From assembly GCA_000004985.1 (NCBI GenBank), contig GG738865.1: a DNA stretch of 64,000 bases; one strand, given 5' to 3'. Below are positions 56,616 through 64,000 of the stretch, in pieces. The position numbers and the translations under genes were made by a program. The notes under the pieces were generated by a model that had not been told where the DNA came from, did not search any database, and worked only from the letters and a program-made list of their open reading frames with translations. Every line of letters starts with the position of its first letter. Position 1 is the stretch's first letter. This stretch comes from Naegleria gruberi (taxonomy: Eukaryota).

Positions 56616-57499
56616 TTACTCAATTTCAGCATTTTGTTGGAACTTGTTAAAGGTTTTACTGTCGAAAAACCATGGTTGTAGTTGGAGCAATATTTCTACA
56701 AGCTTAATAGGAGTTAGTTTGAGTGTCTTATTCTGCTTAATAAATTCAGTTGCTTCTTCCCCATAAATAAAAGATTCATCTACACCAAAGGAGGCCAAGC
56801 ATCCATGATTCAAACTCATTGACCATTGAGTGCTATCTGAATCCCCTTCGTCATATCCTTCAAAATTAAATTTTGTTTTTCCAATCTTTCCTTCCAAATA
56901 AAAATTCTTTCTAAAATCTCCTACCACAACCACTTCACTACTGTGAAGAGTAAACTTGGAAAATATCTCATCTTGAATTGCTGGTTTAGTCTTTGTATCA
57001 TTGTATTTATCCAAAAACATATCCCACTTTTTGAATAGTTGATTTTTGACAGTCTGTTGAGCATCCAAAAATTCCTTCTTCCCCTTCACATAATTGGCAA
57101 CATCTTCAAATTGAATACGTGTTTTTTCTTCAGGTGTTTGCTTCTTTTCTTCTTCATCCTCATCGATGTGAATTTTCTTTTTCTTTAATGACTTGTTTTT
57201 ATGATCTTTTGCATGATCATTATCCGATCGAACTGATTTTCATTAATTATAATATTGTTAGAACGATATATTACAATCTATTTACCTCTCTTGTATTTTG
57301 ATCCTGAGAGTAAATCTTTCTTTTGTAATTCATGAAAGATCATTCTCTTGATTCTTGTGGCGAACAAATCGTTATGTTTCATGTAAATTTCCTTGTAACA
57401 ATATTGTGATGTGAGGGAGAAATTCAAGAGGGTATCTTCCAAAGAGCAAAAGTCTGCTATCGTCAGGAAAAGCTCGTTGGGCAAGGTTGTGAGAGACAT
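56616..57499 (-). CDS. F-box domain protein, 2 exons
   Basis: The likely ATG is at 57499 (MSLTTLPNELFLTIADFCSLEDTLLNFSLTSQYCYKEI, an F-box-like LPxEL…I…L…L pattern); the track start at 57523 is GTG. Exon 1 ends at 57286 (…KYKR, phase 1). A GTAAAT intron 57285..57233 (53 nt). Exon 2 57232..56616 has a K/D/E-rich linker and an uncharacterised C-terminal domain. Junction phase verified. Confidence 0.55.
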
Positions 57500-57568
57500 T
57501 TTTTTATTTTGAAAATCCACCACTTTGTAGAAGTTGATTTTTACAATGGCACGTTTTCATGTTCATCA

Positions 57569-59977
57569 TTATTTCCTCTCATGTTCGTGGAGAATAGATT
57601 GGATGAATAATTCCTTCTTAGTTTTTCCCGGTGTTGGCAATAACCAGGAGACATCACAGAATTTGTCAGAGTTTAGTGACCTACTCTCGTTCATGGATAG
57701 CATTGCAATTTCATATGCTGTGAGACCGAATGAATTTACCAAATCCTTATTGGCTCCATATTTTTCAAAGAGTAGTTTTCCAACACTGAATAATAATGGG
57801 AATGGAAACTCAGCAAGTATATGCAATACACTATTGAGATCATGATTCAAAATATTGATAATGTTTGGTTGTTTTTGAACAATTTTCTCAAAAACTTCTA
57901 TTTTTGAATCTATTGGCTCTTCAGTTGATTTTTCAGCGAGAATGTGTAAACAAGTATTTCCCCAACTATCTTGATGTAAAAGTTGAGAAGGTGTCATTAC
58001 TTCAATGGCATACAACATGAAAATGGAAGGAAGTGCATGTAAATGGTGTAGAATAGTTGCTGTTTGAGGTACTAATCTAGATTTTGTTATTGCTTCATCA
58101 AGAATTGTTGGGTTAACTTTTGTTTCTAGATCTGTGATACCTTCACGATACATCATTCTCATCAATTCTTTTCTTCTTTCGAATTTGGTCTCATATTCAA
58201 ACATTTTACCAGGAGATTCTTCGACTAACTCAGTAGCAGTATTCATAAGTGTGATTGAATATGTTTTGAATGATTGTGTGGGATAGGACATTACGAATAC
58301 CTCATTGAAATTTGGGAAAACATGTTGTCCTAGTGTTAGTAAGGCCTCCACATATTCAGAATGTTTAGTCTTGATGAATAATACTAAATATGAGAAAAGC
58401 TTGTCCAATGTGAATGCCAGTTTTCGTTGTTTGTGTTGTGGATGCCCTTTTGGCTTGCATAAATAATAGAAAAATAGTTGAATGGTTTTGTAATTTCTAT
58501 TGGTGGATAGTTCAAAACTGTCCTCATTCGATAGTGGTATACTTCTTTCTACTGACTCAATTGTTTCCTTATCAGTGAATAAATTCAAATGGTGTTCCAA
58601 AAATCCAATGAACAAATCGAGCTCCGCATTTTCATAATACAGTTTGGCAAGAAACAACTTGATAAAAAGCAAGATATGCTTTGAAACAATAGTAAGTCCT
58701 GTTTCGTTCCTTTCCAATAATTGGAAAAGGGCTGTCTTTTCAAAGTCGTTAGGATTTGATATTAAATCAAGCCCGCAATAAAGGTCAAGGATGAATCCTT
58801 CGTTATAATTTAAGCTGTTTGATGGTTTTACAATTGGTGTGTTTGACAATTTTCTTCTATAGCTAAAGTATTCCTTTTGTACTCTTACATCTTCTGAATA
58901 GTTTTGGAAAGAATAAATAAAGTATGATTCCAAGAATCCCCTTTCCAAAAAGTAATCTGCCATTTCTTTCGATTTATCCAAACTCAAGTTTTTAACAATA
59001 TCTGTAACCAGTTCAGGATACCTCACCAAGTCAATATCTATCTCTCTTTCTAATTTTTCAATTTCATGTTGATCGAGCTCGTTAATGGAAGCAATAACTA
59101 TGTTTAAGCAGTTATCTTCAGGTTTAGTATTTTCAAATAAAGGGCTGCTGTTCAAAGGTTCTCCTTCAACAGTATCTTCACTTGTTATTATTTTGGTATT
59201 CCCATTAAGTGCCTTAACTTGAATTTTTTTCAATTCATATGAAAGGGTCTTGCTGACATCATGATAATTAATTGATGTATTTTGTAGGATAGCTGTTGCA
59301 ACAGTTTGATGTTGATTACGTGCCATCCTAATAGCTATTCTAAGATCTTTCATATTGGGGAAATGTGAACAAAGTAATTCTGTCTCATCTTTTACAGTGT
59401 AAACATATCTTCCATAAAACAATAAGTTGACCTTTTCAACACTATTTCCAAATGAAGGACTAGCTGCACTCTTTACGCTCTCATCAAAATTAGCATTCTC
59501 CTTTGAAAAAAGTGATAGGTAGCCAAAATTGTTATCTCTTCTTCGTCTGCTAACGTTAACATTCCTCAATATAGAATGGAAGAGGTTCAAATTAAAGTCT
59601 ACAAATGTAATTTCTGTAAGTTCATTCTTTGTGAATTTCTTTGAGAGTAACAATTCTTTGTTTAAATCTTGGGGGATTTCTTTTCCATTCTCAAGTACTA
59701 AATGTAAAATAAGATGATTGTATGGATTTCCATTGGAAGACAATATTAACGATTTGAATATTGTAATGTTGTCATCATAAATTGAGCTAAATAATTCTGG
59801 TAATTCTCTTCTTAATTTTCGTCGCATTAAAATGTTAAAATAATTCTCTTTAAAGTAATTGGTACTTGGCAATGGAACTATGAAAGGTAGTTTTGCATTG
59901 GGGAATAAAGTTTCTAACTCCTTAAACTTGGTTTTTTCAAATGAATTGTTATCAAGCTCCAAAGTGATGTCATCCAT
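57569..59977 (-). CDS. large hypothetical protein with C-terminal ankyrin repeats (802 aa)
   Basis: Real ATG at 59977; single exon. The C-terminal ~130 aa show ankyrin-repeat signatures (GNTCLHILAEK…; LNSVLHILAEF…; GLTAYEIAMLS). The N-terminal 650 aa are uncharacterised. Confidence 0.5.
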   Translation of the reverse strand: MDDITLELDNNSFEKTKFKELETLFPNAKLPFIVPLPSTNYFKENYFNILMRRKLRRELPELFSSIYDDNITIFKSLILSSNGNPYNHLILHLVLENGKEIPQDLNKELLLSKKFTKNELTEITFVDFNLNLFHSILRNVNVSRRRRDNNFGYLSLFSKENANFDESVKSAASPSFGNSVEKVNLLFYGRYVYTVKDETELLCSHFPNMKDLRIAIRMARNQHQTVATAILQNTSINYHDVSKTLSYELKKIQVKALNGNTKIITSEDTVEGEPLNSSPLFENTKPEDNCLNIVIASINELDQHEIEKLEREIDIDLVRYPELVTDIVKNLSLDKSKEMADYFLERGFLESYFIYSFQNYSEDVRVQKEYFSYRRKLSNTPIVKPSNSLNYNEGFILDLYCGLDLISNPNDFEKTALFQLLERNETGLTIVSKHILLFIKLFLAKLYYENAELDLFIGFLEHHLNLFTDKETIESVERSIPLSNEDSFELSTNRNYKTIQLFFYYLCKPKGHPQHKQRKLAFTLDKLFSYLVLFIKTKHSEYVEALLTLGQHVFPNFNEVFVMSYPTQSFKTYSITLMNTATELVEESPGKMFEYETKFERRKELMRMMYREGITDLETKVNPTILDEAITKSRLVPQTATILHHLHALPSIFMLYAIEVMTPSQLLHQDSWGNTCLHILAEKSTEEPIDSKIEVFEKIVQKQPNIINILNHDLNSVLHILAEFPFPLLFSVGKLLFEKYGANKDLVNSFGLTAYEIAMLSMNESRSLNSDKFCDVSWLLPTPGKTKKELFIQSILHEHERK

Positions 59978-60007
59978 TGGAATTTCTTTAAATAATTTTA
60001 CAATATA

Positions 60008-61289
60008 TCACACGTTAAAGTACCCCTTACCTTTGAATTCAAAAGATTTGTTTTGATATGCTCTTATTTTGTATTCTTTCATCTTTTCTTCTAAATCCTC
60101 TCTCAGAACTAAACTTTCAATACTGAACCTAATTGTGCCAACAACATCAGCGTCTATATCTTGAATATAATCTTCCTCGCTTTCAGCAATAGCTGGTTTT
60201 GGAATATATTCTGGTTCCACAAAAAGATTGCCAAACTCCTCAGTATCGTGATTTTGATAAATTGGTTCTTTTTTCTCTTCTTCAAAACCTTCCAACTCTT
60301 CTTGAACAGAGAGATTTCTAAAACTGGAATAGAAAGCAATGCTTGAATTAAAATACAATAAACCAGCCCTTGTAGAATAAGTTGTAATATTATTCACCTC
60401 AACATAACATGATTGTAAACATGAATAAATCTTTGGAAAATACTGATAGATATCAATATTCTCAATATTATTAATCTTTCCAGAAACAAACTTTCGTTTG
60501 GTATTGATAAATGAAAGTAAGTAAGCCACTTTTACCAAGTTCTGTAATACGTTTGGAGTTGGGCTAATTCCAAATATTTTTGCCAAGTTGAGTGAATCTA
60601 ATTCCATCAACTTTTTTTGCATTCTATTGTTAAATTCTTTGGAAATAATTCTGTATTTGTGATATGTAACAAATGCTGAATCTTTTACCTGGCAATCTAT
60701 TGCTAAATCATCAGGAAATAATTCAGACCACAATTTGAGATCATACTCTTTAACAATTCTTGATGTTGAAGGTATCATTGAAATGATCCTAAACTTGATA
60801 TCAAATGGTAACTTTGTGACTAATTCGAATATGCATGAAAATGCATCTTCTGTTTCATCCACTCTTTTCTTTTCAACTGTTTCTCGTCTTTTTCTTTGAT
60901 CTTGATTAATCCAAATTCTAGCCAAAGGTGTCAATTTTCCACCCTCCTCAGCATGAAAATCATACGTTGATCGATACGAATCAGCAGACTGATAATGATC
61001 ATCATGAATTAAATTATTTTGAATATTTACCTTCTCGGAAACTTTAGGAAACTTTGCAAAGCCTAAATTGTAACTATCATCCACATAACTATCATATTCT
61101 TGTCGATTAGCTACACTTTTAGGTACTATTTAATTTTCAAATGATCATCAATTACAATAATAATAAAGATCAAAAATTACCTCTTGATGAGGGTTGATAG
61201 AGTTTTTCATCACCCACACGATCATGAATAAAATCCATCCACTTGTGTATGGAATCAAGATCAAGCGAGAAGGGAGAATTGCTGTCCAT
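60008..61289 (-). CDS. hypothetical protein, 2 exons (no recognised domain)
   Basis: ATG at 61289. Exon 1 61289..61181 (MDSNSPFSLDLDSIHKWMDFIHDRVGDEKLYQPSSR, phase 1). A GTAATT..AAATAG intron 61180..61126 (55 nt). Exon 2 61125..60008 joins in frame to the 358-aa ORF, whose listed M is a GTG. Acidic C-terminus. Confidence 0.4.
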
Positions 61290-61384
61290 TTTTTGATGTT
61301 GATTTCTGCATATACATTACACAAAAGGTACCTCAAGAGGATAGAGAAATAACATTTGATAAAGATTTAATAATCTTAATGTAA

Positions 61385-61455
61385 GCATTAGTAGTGTAAC
61401 GGTATCATACCAGCCTTCCAAGCTGGTGACCCGGGTTCGACTCCCGGCTAATGCA
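61385..61455 (+). tRNA. tRNA-Gly(UCC): tRNA-Gly (anticodon UCC)
   Basis: GCATTAGTAGTGTAACGGTATCATACCAGCCTTCCAAGCTGGTGACCCGGGTTCGACTCCCGGCTAATGCA. The 7-bp acceptor stem GCATTAG/CTAATGC pairs perfectly. The D-arm carries an A-box (TAGTGTAACGG). The anticodon loop is CTTCCAA, so TCC. The T-arm carries the B-box GGTTCGACTCC. Discriminator A; no encoded CCA; no intron. Near-identical to canonical eukaryotic tRNA-Gly-TCC. Confidence 0.9.
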
Positions 61456-61457
61456 GT

Positions 61458-61470
61458 TACTTTTTATTTT
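61458..61470 (+). terminator. Pol III terminator T-run immediately 3' of tRNA-Gly
   Basis: ACTTTTTATTTT (T5 then T4) begins 3 nt after the discriminator base. Confidence 0.6.
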
Positions 61471-61829
61471 GCTTCACATTTAAATAATAAAGTTTATGAC
61501 GGTGCTTCGTATCTCTTTTTAAGAAACAATAGAAAGCTTCATTTTGTGCAGGAAAGAAATTCACAATTTCATAGTTTTCTACATGATATAGCACTCATTG
61601 TAATCTGTGTTAAAGTAGTATGCAAATTATCTTTCCAACGAGTGTAACATTCTTAAGAATCAATGCTCTGCCAAGGTCACCAAATTTGCTTTTCAAAACC
61701 CTGTAAGATCCCCACAAGATGTCTGGTTTATTGTCAACTTGAGGGCAGTCAATGTATTTTGCAAGTTTTTTATTCCTTTCTCAATAAATTTTAAATATTC
61801 CTTTTTTACATATTGATATTGTACAAGAT

Positions 61830-63878
61830 TTATTTTAATACGACATCTCCATCAAAGTAAATGTTTGTCATGAATGTAGAGTGTTTTCTATTGATAAGAC
61901 TCTTTTCTTCTTCAAGTTGTTTCTTTGAGGCATAAAGTTCAACAAGTACATCATCAGTCTTAGAGAGTTCTGTAACATACTTGGCTTGTTGTTGCACATT
62001 ACTCTTCAATACATCAATGTTACTTCTCAATCTGGATTGGTTTTCTTGGCATTCTCTAATTTCTGTATCAATTTTATAAATACGTTTCATAATTTCTGAA
62101 GATTCACTTGCCATTCTAATAGACTCTCCTAAAGCAACGATAGTTTCTGAACTGTTGATATATTTTTGATTTGCCTCCAAGGTATCTTGACTAAGCCCAT
62201 TGATTTCAATAGTTTGAATCTGGATAGCCTTCTCAGTAACTTTGAACTTTTTCTTTTCCTTTGGACCAAGACTTCCCCTAAGTCTGTAATATCTATCTGT
62301 AATATCGACAGGCTCGTTACAGTCAAATCCTGAAACTGATTCCAAATCCCAACCATCAATAAACATGTGATCAACAAACACCTCAGGGAATGATTCGTTG
62401 GACTTGTTGTCAAATGAGTATTCAATAGTTTGCTTCTTGTATCTATAAAGAGATATTGTTCCATTCTTAACTAATACATGATGGAATTCTGTTTGACTAG
62501 TGTTGAAATCTTTCAAAACTTCGATGCCCAGTTGAACAGAAATTGGGATAAGATTTTCATCTTGATTCCACATTTGGTTAATGGTTGCTTCACCAACAGC
62601 TAAATCCCTTTCATCTCTGAAAACAATTGAGCCTTCTTCTAAAACATATCCTGTACTATTTTGGAAAACAATGGCACTAAGAGGATTTCCCTTCTTGATG
62701 TTTTCGTTAAAGAGAAGCACTGGCTTGACATCCAATTCCTTTTTCAAAAAGGTGATCATAGCCCTTTGGTTTCTTTTAACATTGATAGGACACTCTATTG
62801 GGAAGAATGACAAGTTATGAGCTGTAGCAATTCTAAAAGCCTTATTTGTTGATGAAGAATCTGACCCAGATGCTCTATCATTATTAGCAACATTAACACT
62901 ACTTCCATTTTCAATATTGTAATCAGCTAAGGTTCTTCCTTCATCCAAAACTTTACCAGAAAATACCAATTTAATGCTTGAGTAAGAAGTACCTTGATAT
63001 TGAGAAACTTTTCTTTTAACTTGATCAATCAATGTAACTGGACTAAATCTAAGACTGAAAGATCCTCCACCAACAGATCTGAAATTAATTGTGATAGATC
63101 CTTCAGATTCAACATTATCAACAATAGATGGAGAACCAGTGACAAGTGTCAAGAGGACATTTTCATAATCTTCTTCTTGATCATTCTCAATCAAAGCAAG
63201 GCATTCAATAGTACCTTTAGTGTGCTCAGTATTCAAGAATTTGAATCGGTATGATGGTTTCCAAGATTTGCTCATTAAGTTATAGTTTGCCTTGACCAAA
63301 TATGGAGAATTACCTTGAGTAAAAACTGAAAGCTTGAATAAATCCTTATTTCTTTGACTGATGTAAGATTCCAAACTGTGTTGAATGAAACCTTGAATAT
63401 TTTGATCATTAAATTTGATTCCGGAAATATTAGACATGACAAATGTTTGAAGACTTGACTTGTTTGTGTAGACAGTCAAGGAAGGAACACTAACTTTGTT
63501 AGCACTGTCCATTATTTCCTCGATACCAAGAAGAATACCAGAAATTACTTCACTACTGCCATGGAATGACAAACTGATTGATGTACCCTTTAAATTCTCA
63601 AGCAAACCAGTCAATGGAGTTGATTGAGGAATATCAATAGTGAGTTTATCAGTTTCTCCCTTTGTATTTTGGTAAGAAATGCTCTTGACATCACAAGATC
63701 CATTCTCAGAACAAGGTACAGTACCAAAAGAAATTGATTTTGTCACATCATCATATGTTGAATTCTTAAAGAAGAGAACTAATTCCGTATCTCCTTGCAC
63801 TTCCTTGCTAACACGTTCAAAGGATGCAAGTCCATTGTTATAGAGAGTAATCTTCTTAAGAGGGATTTGTTGAGACAT
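61830..63878 (-). CDS. hypothetical protein with an internal ubiquitin-like domain and a C-terminal coiled coil (DUF-type)
   Basis: The frame is open from 63920. The ATG at 63878 (aaaaaaaATGTCTCAACAA, an A-rich context) is preferred over the ATG at 63920. The internal UBL reads ITINFRSVGGGSFSLRFSPVTLIDQVKRKVSQYQGTSYSSIKLVFSGKVLDEGRTLADYNIENGSSVNV. The C-terminal ~90 aa are heptad-rich. Single exon. Confidence 0.45.
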   Translation of the reverse strand: MSQQIPLKKITLYNNGLASFERVSKEVQGDTELVLFFKNSTYDDVTKSISFGTVPCSENGSCDVKSISYQNTKGETDKLTIDIPQSTPLTGLLENLKGTSISLSFHGSSEVISGILLGIEEIMDSANKVSVPSLTVYTNKSSLQTFVMSNISGIKFNDQNIQGFIQHSLESYISQRNKDLFKLSVFTQGNSPYLVKANYNLMSKSWKPSYRFKFLNTEHTKGTIECLALIENDQEEDYENVLLTLVTGSPSIVDNVESEGSITINFRSVGGGSFSLRFSPVTLIDQVKRKVSQYQGTSYSSIKLVFSGKVLDEGRTLADYNIENGSSVNVANNDRASGSDSSSTNKAFRIATAHNLSFFPIECPINVKRNQRAMITFLKKELDVKPVLLFNENIKKGNPLSAIVFQNSTGYVLEEGSIVFRDERDLAVGEATINQMWNQDENLIPISVQLGIEVLKDFNTSQTEFHHVLVKNGTISLYRYKKQTIEYSFDNKSNESFPEVFVDHMFIDGWDLESVSGFDCNEPVDITDRYYRLRGSLGPKEKKKFKVTEKAIQIQTIEINGLSQDTLEANQKYINSSETIVALGESIRMASESSEIMKRIYKIDTEIRECQENQSRLRSNIDVLKSNVQQQAKYVTELSKTDDVLVELYASKKQLEEEKSLINRKHSTFMTNIYFDGDVVLK

Positions 63879-64000
63879 TTTTTTTGTTGTTATGATCAAC
63901 ATCTTCGCAAGTAAGTTCATTCTCCTTTTGTAGGCCCAAATGTTAGTGCTTGTGTATGCGATGAACTACAAATGTTGCGCTTGGTGTTGGGGTTGGAACT

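Overview
This window is AT-rich (about two-thirds A+T), gene-dense (roughly one gene per 2 kb) eukaryotic nuclear DNA. It is not prokaryotic. I annotated 35 protein-coding genes on both strands and one tRNA-Gly(UCC). Long ORFs read cleanly in the standard code. Genes have zero to five very short spliceosomal introns of 38 to 155 nt, with GTATGT or GTAAGT donors and YAG acceptors, and one has a TACTAAC branch site. Proteins carry N/S/T/Q/P low-complexity tracts. Intergenic spacers are mostly under 600 bp, and several convergent gene pairs have stop codons 1 to 25 bp apart. Taken together with a PLD-type (two-HKD) cardiolipin synthase and an 824-aa IQGAP-like RasGAP, these features suggest an amoebozoan or dictyostelid-like protist. 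That assignment is inference, not proof.

Confidently recognised products include mitochondrial Lon protease, a Diaphanous-type formin, trans-2-enoyl-CoA reductase (TECR/Tsc13-like), a TBC Rab-GAP, Sin3, SUMO E1 subunit Aos1/SAE1, an NCLX/CCX cation-Ca exchanger, an ArfGAP-C2 protein, an SLC25 carrier, an SDR and an NAD-dependent epimerase.

The most unusual findings are as follows. Two small GTPases carry N-terminal F-box or F-box-like extensions and have substituted catalytic residues; a third F-box gene lies elsewhere in the window. There is a bacterial-type cardiolipin synthase. An RsuA-like pseudouridine synthase has an altered active-site motif. A pseudokinase has HGH in place of HRD. 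A 2.7 kb stretch at 31.9 to 34.6 kb has no ORFs and a composition unlike the surrounding spacers.

The supplied ORF track counts TTG, GTG and CTG as starts, so many listed N-termini are not real ATGs. Starts and exon junctions were re-derived by eye and may be off by a few bases.
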